Positions 54,257-64,000 of a stretch of 64,000 nucleotides of DNA are shown here, in pieces. The position numbers and the translations under genes were made by a program. The DNA lies in NCBI GenBank assembly GCA_963795465.1, contig CAWCHT010000002.1:405178-469177 (forward strand), read 5' to 3'. Every line of letters starts with the position of its first letter. Position 1 is the first letter of the stretch. The notes beneath the pieces are model-generated. The model did not search any database and was not told the origin of the DNA. It saw only the letters and a list, made by a program, of their open reading frames with translations. The stretch is from Vulcanimicrobiota bacterium (GTDB taxonomy: Bacteria > Vulcanimicrobiota > Vulcanimicrobiia > Vulcanimicrobiales > Vulcanimicrobiaceae).

Positions 54257-55510
54257 GTGCGCGGCGACGTGAAAGATCGCGCGCTCGCAGAAGCCGGCCG
54301 TTCGCGCATCGCCTGGGCTGCGGGCTATATGCCCGTCCTTGCCCAAATTCGCGATCGCTTCGCGGAAGAGAAGCCGCTCGCCGGCGTGCGAATCGGCGCG
54401 TGCCTGCACGTGACGACGGAGACCGCGAATCTCATGCTGGCGCTGCAGGCCGGCGGCGCCGAGATTGCGCTGTGCGCCAGCAATCCGCTTTCGACGCAAG
54501 ACAACGTCGCGGCCGCGCTGTGCGAGTACGGCATTCCGACCTATGCGATCAAAGGTGAAGACCATCAGACGTACTATTCGCACATCGAGGCGGTCATCGC
54601 GACCAAACCGCACATGTCGATGGACGACGGCTGCGATTTGGTAAACACGATTTACGGCAAGCACAAGGAACTGCTCGCCGACATGATCGGCGGATGTGAA
54701 GAAACGACGACCGGCGTTATTCGTTTAAAAGCGATGCAGCGAGACGGCGTGCTGCCGTATCCCGTCATCGCCGTGAACAACGCGTTGACCAAGCACATGT
54801 TCGACAACCGCTACGGTACCGGGCAGTCGACGCTCGACGGCATCGTGCGTTCGACGAACGTGCTGCTCGCCGGACGCACCGTCGTCGTCGTCGGGTACGG
54901 ATGGTGCGGGCGCGGCGTAGCCTCACGCGCATCGGGCATGGGCGCGCACGTGGTCGTAACCGAAGTCGACCCGCGCAAAGCGCTCGAGGCCGTGATGGAC
55001 GGCTACCGCGTCATGCCGATGAGCGATGCAGCGCAGACGGGCGACGTTTTCGTTACGGTCACGGGCAACTACCACGTCATCGACGAGCACCATTTCAAAC
55101 TCATGAAAGACGGCGCGATCGTCTGCAATTCCGGGCATTTCAACGACGAGCTGAACCTGGGATGTTTGCCGGCCATTTCCAAGGGCAAAACGCAACCGCG
55201 CACTTTCGTCGAGCAGTACGAACTGCATGACGGGCGGCGCATCTGCATTTTGGCCGACGGGCGCCTGATCAATTTGGCCGCGGCCGAAGGCCACCCCGCC
55301 GCGGTGATGGACATGTCGTTTGCCAATCAAGCGATGGCGGCTGCCTATCTGGCCGGACATCACAAGGAACTCGAGCGAAAAGTGTACGACGTTCCCGAGC
55401 ACATCGACGAAGAAGTTGCGCAGTTGAAATTGGCTTCGATGAGCGTGGAGATCGACGTGCTCACGGCTGCACAGAAGAAGTACATGGCCTCGTGGAGCGA
55501 GGGCACGTAA
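54257..55510 (+). CDS. ahcY: adenosylhomocysteinase
   Basis: [40 protein letters not shown]. The GTG start at 54257 is inferred. The ORF is open from 54122. Confidence 0.9.
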   Translation: MRGDVKDRALAEAGRSRIAWAAGYMPVLAQIRDRFAEEKPLAGVRIGACLHVTTETANLMLALQAGGAEIALCASNPLSTQDNVAAALCEYGIPTYAIKGEDHQTYYSHIEAVIATKPHMSMDDGCDLVNTIYGKHKELLADMIGGCEETTTGVIRLKAMQRDGVLPYPVIAVNNALTKHMFDNRYGTGQSTLDGIVRSTNVLLAGRTVVVVGYGWCGRGVASRASGMGAHVVVTEVDPRKALEAVMDGYRVMPMSDAAQTGDVFVTVTGNYHVIDEHHFKLMKDGAIVCNSGHFNDELNLGCLPAISKGKTQPRTFVEQYELHDGRRICILADGRLINLAAAEGHPAAVMDMSFANQAMAAAYLAGHHKELERKVYDVPEHIDEEVAQLKLASMSVEIDVLTAAQKKYMASWSEGT

Positions 55511-56730
55511 TGGCGTACCGGCGATTGTTCACCAGCGAATCGGTGACCGAAGGCCACCCCGACAAAGTGGCGGATCAGATTTCGGATGCGGTGCTGGACG
55601 CAATTCTCAAAGACGATCCGAACGGGCGGGTGGCATGTGAAACGTTTGCAATCACCGGCCAAATCCATATTGCGGGCGAGATCACGACGACCACGTACAT
55701 CGACATTCCGCGAATCGTGCGCGAAGTCATCAAAGACATCGGGTACACCAAGTCCGCCGTCGGCTTCGATGCGGAGACGTGCGGCGTCAGCGTTTCAATC
55801 GACGAGCAGTCGCCGGACATCGCGATGGGCGTGGATCGCTCGCTGGAGGCAAAAACCGGCGAGCATCCGGAAGACGTCTACGAGCGAATCGGCGCCGGCG
55901 ATCAAGGGATGATGTTCGGTTACGCTTGCCGCGACACCGAAGAATTGATGCCGCTGCCGATCGTCCTGGCTCACAACCTGACCCGTCATCTTTCCGCAGT
56001 GCGCAAGAACGGCGACATTCCGTATCTACGCCCCGACGGCAAGTCGCAGGTCACGGTGGAATACGAAGACGACAAACCGGTACGGGTCGAGGCGGTGGTC
56101 ATTTCGACGCAGCACGATCCCGATATTCCGTTGGAAACGATTCGCACCGAGATCACCGAACGCGTCATCAATCACGTCATTCCGGCTTCGCTGCGTGACG
56201 AGCACACGCGCATCTACGTCAATCCGACCGGACGGTTCGTCATCGGCGGTCCCAAAGGCGACGCAGGCCTGACCGGGCGCAAGATCATTGCGGACACCTA
56301 CGGTGGGATGGCTCGGCACGGCGGCGGAGCGTTTTCCGGCAAGGATCCGACCAAGGTCGATCGTTCGGCAGCGTATGCTGCACGGCACGTTGCCAAAAAC
56401 ATCGTCGCGGCGGGATTGGCCGATCGCTGTGAAGTGCAGGTTGCGTACGCGATCGGCGTGGCGCACCCGGTGAGCGTGTTGGTGGAGACGTTCGGTACGG
56501 GCAAGCTCTCGGAAGAGCGTATTGCCGAACTGGTCAAAACGACGTTCGATTTGCGGCCGGCGGCGATTATTGCGAATCTCGACTTGCGGCGCCCGATTTA
56601 CCGGCAAACCGCCGCATACGGACATTTTGGCCGACCGGACCTCGAGTTGCCGTGGGAACGCTTAGACAAAGTGGAAGCGCTGCGAAGCGCTGCGGGTCCG
56701 CAGACGCTGAAGGTCCCGAACTTTCGCTAG
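55510..56730 (+). CDS. metK: S-adenosylmethionine synthase
   Basis: [58 protein letters not shown]. The ATG overlaps the ahcY stop (TAATG). Confidence 0.95.
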   Translation: MAYRRLFTSESVTEGHPDKVADQISDAVLDAILKDDPNGRVACETFAITGQIHIAGEITTTTYIDIPRIVREVIKDIGYTKSAVGFDAETCGVSVSIDEQSPDIAMGVDRSLEAKTGEHPEDVYERIGAGDQGMMFGYACRDTEELMPLPIVLAHNLTRHLSAVRKNGDIPYLRPDGKSQVTVEYEDDKPVRVEAVVISTQHDPDIPLETIRTEITERVINHVIPASLRDEHTRIYVNPTGRFVIGGPKGDAGLTGRKIIADTYGGMARHGGGAFSGKDPTKVDRSAAYAARHVAKNIVAAGLADRCEVQVAYAIGVAHPVSVLVETFGTGKLSEERIAELVKTTFDLRPAAIIANLDLRRPIYRQTAAYGHFGRPDLELPWERLDKVEALRSAAGPQTLKVPNFR

Positions 56731-56795
56731 CGTTCTCGCGTTCTCTGAGTAGACATCCACGGGTGCCACGGCTACCCGGCATAAAAGGAGATTAG

Positions 56796-57389
56796 ATGAA
56801 CCTTCGAAGCAGAATCCCGGCGCTAGCCATGCTGCTGGCATTCATGGTGCCGGCGGTAGCGCTTTCGCAGACAGTGACGCTGCAGCAAGGGCAAGCCCTG
56901 AACCTGCAGATGCAGGACACGGTCGATTCCGGCAGCGCTTACGCCGGACAACACTTTACCGCACGCGTCGTGCCGCCGTATCCGAACGACGACTCCACCT
57001 TCGCGAACGCGATCGTCAACGGAACCGTCGTCAAGGTCGTTCAGGCCGGACAGGGGCGCACGCCCGAACTGCATTTCGCGTGGGACTCGGTGACGTTGCA
57101 GAACGGCGCGAGCTATCCCATCAACGCCGTGATGACGCAGGGTAAACCGCAGCAGCAAACCCGCAACGGCGGGCACGTCGCGCTGACGACGATCGGCGGC
57201 ATGCTGCTCGGCAACGCGATCGGCAAGACGATCTTCCACACCAATATCGGCGGCGCCGCAGGTGCCGCCGGCGGGTTCCTCATCGGCTACAACAAAAAGT
57301 CGAACATCACGATGAAGCAAGGCAGCACATTTCAACTCACGCTGACCCGGCCGCTCATGGTGCGGCGCCAAGCCGGACACCCGTACTAA
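56796..57389 (+). CDS. secreted hypothetical protein with Gly-zipper segment
   Basis: A signal peptide and the glycine-rich TM-like segment GGMLLGNAIGKTIFHTNIGGAAGAAGGFLIG. Confidence 0.55.
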   Translation: MNLRSRIPALAMLLAFMVPAVALSQTVTLQQGQALNLQMQDTVDSGSAYAGQHFTARVVPPYPNDDSTFANAIVNGTVVKVVQAGQGRTPELHFAWDSVTLQNGASYPINAVMTQGKPQQQTRNGGHVALTTIGGMLLGNAIGKTIFHTNIGGAAGAAGGFLIGYNKKSNITMKQGSTFQLTLTRPLMVRRQAGHPY

Positions 57390-57452
57390 CCTTCGCAGCC
57401 TCGTCCGGTTAACGCACGCGCGGCATCCGTCAATGACGGGTGCCGCGTTTGC

Positions 57453-58733
57453 TTAGCGGGTTTCGTGGCGAATCGCTTTGTTGCTGACTGCGATCAGCGC
57501 CACCGTCAGGTAGGCTACGGCGGAGAGCGTCATCGCGGTATGGGCGCCCCAGTGGTCGGCAACCGATGCAAAGACGATGACGCCGGGTGCGATTCCGCAC
57601 AGCACGAAGAGCCGAACCACGCCGAAGACACGGCCGACGTATTCCTCCGGAATGATCCGCAGGCGAAACCCAACAATTTGCGCCACTTCGAATTGCACGC
57701 AAGCGTTCGCGAGCCCCCAGAACACCCCGGCTATCCAAAGATTGCGCGTTACGATGACCGGAAGAAACAGCACCGAATCGAGCAAAAGCGCAACGCAAAC
57801 CGCGTGGCCGAACCTCCAGCGGCGCGCATAACGAGCGGCGAAGAGCGATCCGCAGATCGCGCCGACGGCCGAGATGCTCAAGAAGATGCCGACCTGAACG
57901 TCGCTGGCGTGAAATCCTCGTTTCAAAAACGGAATGAGGATCGAATAGCCGCCGAACCCGATAGCGTTGAGCGCAAAGCTTGCAAAGGTCATCGAACGCA
58001 TTCCGGCATCCTCGAAAAGAATGCGAAAACCCAGACGCACGTCGGCGACGACGTGCTGCAACGTCGGTATTCCGGAACTGCGGTCGGGACCGAGCGTCGG
58101 AATGCGCGAGAGCGAGAGTTGCGAGATAAAGTACGTTGCCGCATTCGCGGTCAAGGCCGGCAGTGGGCCGAACACGCTGAAAATCGCGCCGCCCGCAATC
58201 GGCGTCACGAGATTCGAGGTGCTTTCAGCCGCGTTCAGTGCCGCTATTGCGGCGGTGCCCCGTTCTTTCCCGAGCAGGAACGGGATGCTGGAAGCTTGGC
58301 CGCCCATGAAGAACGCCGCGCAGATCGACATGAGCGCTAAACCGCCGTAAATCATCGGTACGGTCAGTACGCTGCGCGCAAAAAGCACCGCGAAGAGCAC
58401 CATGATGGCGCAGCGTGCAGCGTCGGTCGCAATCATCAAGCTGCGGCGGTTCAACCGGTCCGCGAGCGAACCGCCCAGCAGTCCGAAGAGCGCGAACGGC
58501 GCGATCTCGCAGATATACGAGACGCCGGTCGAAAGCGCTGATCCGGTCAAGCGATAAACGAGCAGCGGAACGGCGAGCGTGCGCAGCCCGTCGCCGATTA
58601 AGCTGAACGTTTGCCCGGCATAGTATTGCCGGAAGCTGCGCGAAGCAAAGATGCCCGACGCAGCGGAACGGGTCGACACTGTACGCTCCAAATAAAATAC
58701 CCCCGCGCGTGCGAGGGTTCTCCCAATCCTCAC
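57453..58733 (-). CDS. MFS transporter
   Basis: About 12 TM segments. SFRQYYAGQTFSLIGDG and GGSLADRLNRR are MFS loop 2-3 motifs. The alternative GTG start is at 58679. Confidence 0.82.
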   Translation of the reverse strand: MRIGRTLARAGVFYLERTVSTRSAASGIFASRSFRQYYAGQTFSLIGDGLRTLAVPLLVYRLTGSALSTGVSYICEIAPFALFGLLGGSLADRLNRRSLMIATDAARCAIMVLFAVLFARSVLTVPMIYGGLALMSICAAFFMGGQASSIPFLLGKERGTAAIAALNAAESTSNLVTPIAGGAIFSVFGPLPALTANAATYFISQLSLSRIPTLGPDRSSGIPTLQHVVADVRLGFRILFEDAGMRSMTFASFALNAIGFGGYSILIPFLKRGFHASDVQVGIFLSISAVGAICGSLFAARYARRWRFGHAVCVALLLDSVLFLPVIVTRNLWIAGVFWGLANACVQFEVAQIVGFRLRIIPEEYVGRVFGVVRLFVLCGIAPGVIVFASVADHWGAHTAMTLSAVAYLTVALIAVSNKAIRHETR

Positions 58734-58975
58734 TTGCGATGTGACCTTCGATCTTCAAAAGCTCGAAAAAGAAATGCAGGTTGAAGACGAAGCCGCTATC
58801 GCATAGTGCCGTTGATTGTACTTGCTCGGTATGCCGTTGTCAAAACTCAGCGGTCACCGGACATCCGTTCGCGGCAATGCCGCCTGAGTGTTAAGGCTGC
58901 GTATTTCAATTTAGGGTAGGCTTGGGTTGCGGAGGAGGGTGGCCCGGGACCGCCAATACACGCGGGTCGCCACGT

Positions 58976-59048
58976 TCCGGATTAGCTCAGTTGGTAGAGC
59001 AGCTGACTGTTAATCAGCGGGTCGCTGGTTCGAGTCCAGCATCCGGAG
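58976..59048 (+). tRNA. tRNA-Asn (anticodon GTT)
   Basis: Acceptor TCCGGAT/ATCCGGA, D-arm TAGCTCAGTTGGTAGAGCA, anticodon arm GCTGA-CTGTTAA-TCAGC, and T-arm GCTGGTTCGAGTCCAGC. Confidence 0.93.
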
Positions 59049-59092
59049 ATGAAAAGATGAAGCCACCCGAAAGGGTGGCTTCATCTTTTCAT
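59049..59092 (+). terminator. perfect 20-bp stem / GAAA tetraloop hairpin, putative terminator of tRNA-Asn
   Basis: atgaaaagatgaagccaccc-gaaa-gggtggcttcatcttttcat, followed by ctttat. Confidence 0.6.
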
Positions 59093-59098
59093 CTTTAT

Positions 59099-59260
59099 GC
59101 TGCTGACGCAGAACCGTCATCGTGAGCAGCGCCGCTGCGCGGCGCGTGTCGAACGGCGAGTCCAGCATCCGCCTTCGCTGCTGCTGACGCAGAACCGTCA
59201 CTGTGAGCAGCGCCGCTGCGCCCTCGTGTCGAACGGCGAGTCGAGCATCCGGGACGCGAT
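59099..59260 (+). repeat. 2 x 81-bp tandem direct repeat. Each unit ends in a copy of the tRNA-Asn 3' end.
   Basis: Unit 1 (59099-59179) and unit 2 (59180-59260) both begin gctgctgacgcagaaccgtcat/c.gtgagcagcgccgctgcgc and both contain gtcgaacggcgagtc(c/g)agcatccg. This matches the tRNA 3' end cgagtccagcatccgg. Confidence 0.85.
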
Positions 59261-59544
59261 AAAGGGCACGAGCTCAGATGGCTTGGCGTGCTTTTCATTT
59301 GCAAGACAAAGCGTTCCAGGATGGTGTTGCACGGTTTGTTGCCCGGGAACTGAGCCTTTACGAATTCCGGGCGAATAAACCAAGGGGCCAGCTTGATAAA
59401 GCGCCATGGCAAACGTACTGACTTTGGCATATGCCGGAAAACTGAGAAAAGCTGCTGAAATATCGCTAGGGCATGGGGGCACGCAATTGTGTCGATAGGC
59501 GGCTAGCCCTCCGAAAGAGCGCCAAGACCCTGAAGGTTGCTAAA

Positions 59545-59877
59545 ATGAGGAATACAAAAAGCAAAGTCGCAGATGGCGTGGTGCACCAAGTACCGGACGA
59601 TTTACGAAAAGCGCTCGTCGCTGATTCTAAGGCACTTACAGCGTGGGAGAGCCTGACCGCGCTCGCTCGCAACGAGTGGATATGTTGGGTTATCTCCGTC
59701 AAGAAGTCGGCAACGCGAGCAGAACATGTTGAGAGAGCGTGTGCAGGTCTTAGGGAAGGAAAGCGCAGGCCCTGTTGTTGGATCGGCTGTATTCACCGCA
59801 CCGATAAACCAATAAGCCCGTCCGTGCAATACGTGCTAAGTCGGCAACGCAAGTCAAAAGCAGCTGACGAGCGATGA
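59545..59877 (+). CDS. YdeI/OmpD-associated family protein
   Basis: VPDDLRKALVADSKALTAWESLTALARNEWICWVISVKKSATRAEHVERACAGLREGKRRPCCW. The local G+C is lower. Confidence 0.65.
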   Translation: MRNTKSKVADGVVHQVPDDLRKALVADSKALTAWESLTALARNEWICWVISVKKSATRAEHVERACAGLREGKRRPCCWIGCIHRTDKPISPSVQYVLSRQRKSKAADER

Positions 59878-59961
59878 TCCTCCCGCTAGCGGCATCAGCG
59901 ATCATTCGGTGCGGTCACCGTGCCATCGGTCTTTAAGACACTCAGTACAACGTAAAGCCTT

Positions 59962-60195
59962 GTGATATATCAGAGCCACACTGCGCCCTTGCTGAAGCCA
60001 ATACAGCGCATCGTCTTAGCGTTCACGTTCCTTTTTGTGTCTTCCGAGCTGCTCTACGTTTGGATGCGCTTACCAGCGCGTCAATGGTACAGCGCCGGCT
60101 TGTCTGCAAAGTTCGGCTTACTCATTTCTCCAACGGTGTCGTACGCAATTCTGCAATTCCACGAAACGATTGAGACGGTTCGCCATGAGCGTTAA
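59962..60195 (+). CDS. small hypothetical membrane protein
   Basis: 77-aa ORF with two hydrophobic stretches in the lower-GC islet. No homolog that I recognise. Confidence 0.25.
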   Translation: MIYQSHTAPLLKPIQRIVLAFTFLFVSSELLYVWMRLPARQWYSAGLSAKFGLLISPTVSYAILQFHETIETVRHER

Positions 60196-61478
60196 AACAA
60201 CAACCCCCCTGTGCCCGAAAGGCCAACACGAAACCCCGCTGACATCCCACTTACCTCGGTTATGAAGCCGGCGCGTTGCCCGCGGATTCTTTCGCGCCTT
60301 TGCTGTAACCGCCCAAGAGCAAATGCGCCCGCCACCGCCAGTGCCGGCAGAATGCCGATGAGCCGGGCGCTGAAGCCGACGATCGCGGTGCCGATTGCGG
60401 GGGCTAGAATCAGCGCGATGCTGTTTACCGAATCGCTCACGCCCATGATTGCGCCGCGTTCGTCTTTGGGAGCGCGCTCGGAGAGCACCGTCATTAACGC
60501 CGGTTCGACCATCGCCGCGCCTGCGGCCCACAAGACGAGCACCGGGAAAAACCAGGCTAGATTTTGCACGAAGTAAATGAGCGCGTACGCCGCAAACAGT
60601 AAAACGAAGCCGATCTGTCCGACGCGAACGTTGCCGATGCGCTTGGTGAGCGGCGTAACGACCACCAGCATCGTGATGCCGCCGATGACGCCCGCCCCGG
60701 CCAGCAGCCAACTCGCGTGCTGAATGCTGGTATGCAGCGAGTGGTCGAGATAGAGCGCAAAATCTGCGAGCAGATACACGACGGCGAAAATAAAGAGGAA
60801 CTGCCGAATCAGCACCGCGCGGACACCGCGCTTCCAGGCTGCGGCAATCGACTGTTTGATGCTGGTGACTTCGCGTTTCGAACGCGTGCGCGAGGGCAGC
60901 AGCCACAGCGTGAGCCCGATGTTGATCAGTTCCAAACCCGCGGCGACAACGAACGGAAATTGGATTCCATACCGCTGAAGAAAACCGGCAGCAACCGGAC
61001 CGACGATGAACGCCGACCCGAAGACCGCGCCGTACACCGCGTATGCGCGGTTGCGCTGGCGTTCGCTGGTGACGTTGGCAATGTACGATTCCGCCGCGCC
61101 GATGCTCCCGGCGCCGATGCCCGAAATCAAGCGTGAAATGTAGATCCAGAACAGGGTTGGTGCCGCCGCCAGCACGACATATCCCACCAGCGTAAACCCT
61201 TGCGCGATCAGAATGATGAATTTGCGGCCGGCGCGATCGCTGGCTTTGCCCCAAATCGGCGCGGCAATGGTCGCGCAAAATGCCGGTATGCTCAGCAGCA
61301 TGCCGACCATCCAATCTCGTGCGCCGTACTTGTGCGCTAGTGCGGGCAAGAGCGGTATCAGCAGCGTGTAGCCGAGCATGTCGACGAACGTCGTCACATA
61401 GATCGGAAGAACGTCTTTGGGCAGGTTCAGCAACCATTTGGAACGAGGTTTTTCCGACGTAGCGGCGGCGCTTTCCAT
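60192..61478 (-). CDS. MFS transporter (drug:H+ antiporter/TetA-like)
   Basis: FVDMLGYTLLIPLLP, GKASDRAGRKFIIL, RLISGIGAGSIGAAESYIA. The start is taken at the ATG at 61478. The overlapping ORF 60118..61575 is a shadow frame. Confidence 0.82.
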   Translation of the reverse strand: MESAAATSEKPRSKWLLNLPKDVLPIYVTTFVDMLGYTLLIPLLPALAHKYGARDWMVGMLLSIPAFCATIAAPIWGKASDRAGRKFIILIAQGFTLVGYVVLAAAPTLFWIYISRLISGIGAGSIGAAESYIANVTSERQRNRAYAVYGAVFGSAFIVGPVAAGFLQRYGIQFPFVVAAGLELINIGLTLWLLPSRTRSKREVTSIKQSIAAAWKRGVRAVLIRQFLFIFAVVYLLADFALYLDHSLHTSIQHASWLLAGAGVIGGITMLVVVTPLTKRIGNVRVGQIGFVLLFAAYALIYFVQNLAWFFPVLVLWAAGAAMVEPALMTVLSERAPKDERGAIMGVSDSVNSIALILAPAIGTAIVGFSARLIGILPALAVAGAFALGRLQQRRERIRGQRAGFITEVSGMSAGFRVGLSGTGGLLF

Positions 61479-61565
61479 TGCATCTGGGTTTACCCAACGC
61501 CAAACCTGCGCGGACGCCGAGCAAAGCTGCGAACGCCAAGCGAGCGCTCGTGATTTGCACGCGTT

Positions 61566-62067
61566 GTGGGAACAACGCAATACATGTGGGACCACGGCGT
61601 CCTTATCCAATCCGCGCGCATCGACGTGCTGCAAGGCGTGATCGCCGGGCTATGCGGCGGCGTAGCGATGGCGTTGACGATGGCGGCTCTGAGCGCGGCG
61701 GTGAAGCAGGGCCCATGGCAGATGCCCAAGCGTCTTGCCGCAATCGTACTCGGACCGAAAGCAAAGGACGGCGGCACGTTCGTTATCGCGCTCGGTCTGG
61801 CGATGCACTTCATACTCTCCGCCGGATTCGGCGCGCTTTTTTCAGTCCTCGCCGATCAACTCACGCACGAATTCTGGCTCACCGGCGTCGGCTACGGACT
61901 CACGCTCTGGGTCTTCAATTACTGGGGATCGCAGATGACGCGGGGCGGCCGGGAAATCAGCGAAGCTGAAAACGTCATGGCTAAGCCCGCTCGCGCACAT
62001 CGTCTTCGGCGGCGTCATGGCGGGCGTAGCGATCATCTTTGCCGCATCCTCGCTACACGGCGGATAG
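61566..62067 (+). pseudogene. small multi-TM membrane protein, frameshifted near 61950
   Basis: TM helices run through ...GLTLWVFNYWGSQMTRGG. The plausible final helix SPLAHIVFGGVMAGVAIIFAASSLHGG* is in the +1 frame, and the Arg-rich tail of ORF 61566..62273 looks non-coding. The span is 502 nt (3n+1). Confidence 0.5.
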
Positions 62068-64000
62068 CCTCACCGGCTTCAACCCGGCGCGCTGCAGCAG
62101 CGCGTTCGCCTGCGGCACGCCGGTTCGAACGTACGCTTCGTACGCAGAATGCGCCGTCTTCAACTCCGCGTCGACGCGAACGCTCAGCTGCCGCATTGCG
62201 GGCGTTACGGGCGCGGTCACGGACTGGAGAATCGTGCCGATGTCTTCGCGGACTTTCCCGGGACGCTGAATGAAGTCTTCGAAATTTTTGTAGTTCGCGG
62301 TCAAGTCTGCGACGACGGTCGAGCGCGCGGTAAGCGCATCGGTGATTTGTCCCGTCAAACCGGTGTCCCCGCGCTTTTTCGCCACGTCGGCCGCCGCGTT
62401 GAGTTGCGCCTTTATGCTATCCAAATTATTGAGCATGACGTCCAGTGTTGAAAGATCGTTGAAGTAGCGCCGGGCGAAGGACACGCCGTCTTCGATCTGC
62501 CGCTGCGTCAGCACGCTGAGCGGATCCGCGGCGACCGTTACCGGCTCGGTGTACGAGTGCGACCCCAACGTGAGCCGCACGAAATACCGTCCCGGCGCAA
62601 CCGGCACGCCTTCATCCGGGCCCTTGAAAAATGGATTGCCGGCGCCTTCCCATTTCACCGGACCGTTTTCCTGAAAATCCCAGACGTAGCGGTTGAGTCC
62701 CGCTTCATTTGAAACGTACGGCGCGTCTTTGCCCGCGACTTTATGCGTGCCTTGAATCGTGCGGACGATGTGGTCCCCCGCGTCCAGGATATCGATGCGC
62801 GGCGCGGACTTCTTTGCTTCCAGCTCGATAAAAATCGATGATGACGCCCAACGGCGGATTGTCCGCAGCGTACGCCGTGTACGCGCCTTCGTCGTTGCTG
62901 TGGTAGTTGTATTCGTACGCGGTTCTGGGTTTGAACAGCATTTCGCCGCGCGCGGTCGCGGCGGTCAACTGTTGAATTCCGGCCACGTCGTCCATGATGT
63001 ACATGGAACGGCCGTGCGTGGCGATCGCAAGATCGTCGAACGCCGGCTGAAAGCGGATATCGCGAACCGACACGGTCGGAAGATCCGTTTTAAAACTCTG
63101 CCACGACATGCCGCCGTCGAAGCTGATCCACATGCCGTTTTCGGTGCCGGCATAGACGAGGTTCGCATTGCGAATGTCCGGCCGCACCGCCCGCACGTAT
63201 TGATCGACGGGCAAGCCATTGGTGATCGGCGACCAATGCGCGCCGAAGTCGCGCGTCACCAACAGATACGGTTTGAAGTCGCCCGAGCGGTGACGATCGA
63301 TGTTCACGTACGCCGTGCCGTCATGCAGCGCCGACGGCGCCGCCGTCTCGACGCGTCCCCACTGCTTGTCCGAACCGGCACCGAACCCGGCGGGGGTGAC
63401 GTTGCGCCAGTGCTTGCCGCCGTCGCGCGTCATCTGGACCAAGCCGTCGTCCGTGCCGACCCAAATCTCCCCGCGCTTTTTCGGCGAGCCCTCGATGTCC
63501 AAAATCGTGTCGCTGTACTCCGCTCCCGAAACGTCTTTCGTAATTGGGCCGCCTGAGGGCGCTTCATGCGCTTTATCGTTGCGCGTCAGATCGGGACTGA
63601 TCTTCGTCCAATGAAATCCACGGTCGCGCGTTTGGAATATGACGTTGCCGCCGTACCAGGCAACGCGCCCATCGAACGGATCGAACGCGAGCGGAGAATC
63701 CCAATTGAAGCGGTATGGGCTCAGGCGATTGTCGAACTGCTCGCCGGCTGTCTGGAAATACGGCTGAATGTTCCATGAGTCGCGCGTCTTGCGGTTATAC
63801 AACACCAGCGAGCCGTTCTGCCAGTCGCTCCAAAGGTAATCCGCATCGCGCGGATCCGGGATCGCCCATTCACCGTCTCCGTATGCGGTGATCAGCCAAT
63901 CCTTGTTTTGGATGCCGGTCTGATCTTTGGAATTAGAGGCTCCGCACCACGCCATGTTGTCTTGCAGGCCACCGCAGATCGTGTACGGATTATCGTTGCC
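62053..64000 (-). pseudogene. BNR/Asp-box repeat (sortilin/VPS10-like) glycoside-hydrolase-like protein. The 5' end lies beyond the window, and there is a frameshift near 62827.
   Basis: GNDNPYTICGGLQDNMAWCG, several S/TxDxGxxW Asp-boxes (TRDRGFHWTKI, TRDGGKHWRNV, TRDFGAHWSPI, SFDGGMSWQSF). After IIDFY the sequence continues in another frame: ELEAKKSAPRIDILDAGDHIVRTIQG...VKWEGAGNPFF, which is ORF 62053..62658. Confidence 0.8.

Overview
High-G+C (by eye roughly 60-65%), gene-dense bacterial chromosomal segment, mostly housekeeping genes in tightly coupled operons with many 1-11 nt start/stop overlaps.

Content in order:
- acs (partial), a TlpA-like oxidoreductase, and CIRCE-hrcA-dnaJ-rsmE.
- A DPM1-like GT2, accD-accA, an FtsB/DivIC-like protein, an S1-domain protein and Ppx/GppA.
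- ppa with a rhodanese-like protein, a hemerythrin-like protein, and a lysine-rich repeat protein.
- A 7-gene glycosylation operon: carbamoyltransferase, GT2, GmhB-like phosphatase, two GT9 and two GT4.
- An SDR, then a PRT-DLH-LigD(Pol)-ligase operon.
- A Zn-ADH, a holin-X/DUF3618 triad, Crp/Fnr and tRNA-Leu(UAA).
- A serine hydrolase, an M61 peptidase, a HAD hydrolase, an OM beta-barrel, etfBA, a TPR protein and an HDAC-like protein.
- ECF sigma/anti-sigma/RseB-like, divergent from two tandem HprK-like P-loop kinases.
- A copper/thiol-redox cluster: two SCO1, MauE/DoxX, TlpA, DUF305.
- hldD, a TonB-dependent receptor, ymdB-spoVS-PHP, ahcY-metK and two MFS transporters.
- tRNA-Asn(GUU) followed by a 20-bp hairpin and 2 x 81-bp repeats, a lower-GC islet, and a partial BNR/sortilin-like gene.

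I found no rRNA, CRISPR array, transposase, integrase or recognisable defence system.

Most important caveat: about a dozen otherwise well-conserved genes are broken by single-nucleotide frameshifts. This creates misleading fusion ORFs in the six-frame track, such as GT2+accD and spoVS+PHP.

Best candidates for uncharacterised biology:
- the coupled heptosyl/carbamoyl glycosylation operon;
- the orphan pair of HprK-like kinases beside the ECF module;
- two paralogous Cys/His-motif exported proteins beside the copper-handling genes;
- a tri-modular histone-H1-like repeat protein;
- a repeat family found 3' of both tRNAs.

The gene order mixes Firmicutes-like syntenies with diderm envelope genes. 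That suggests a deep Terrabacteria-type diderm lineage, but this is inference only.
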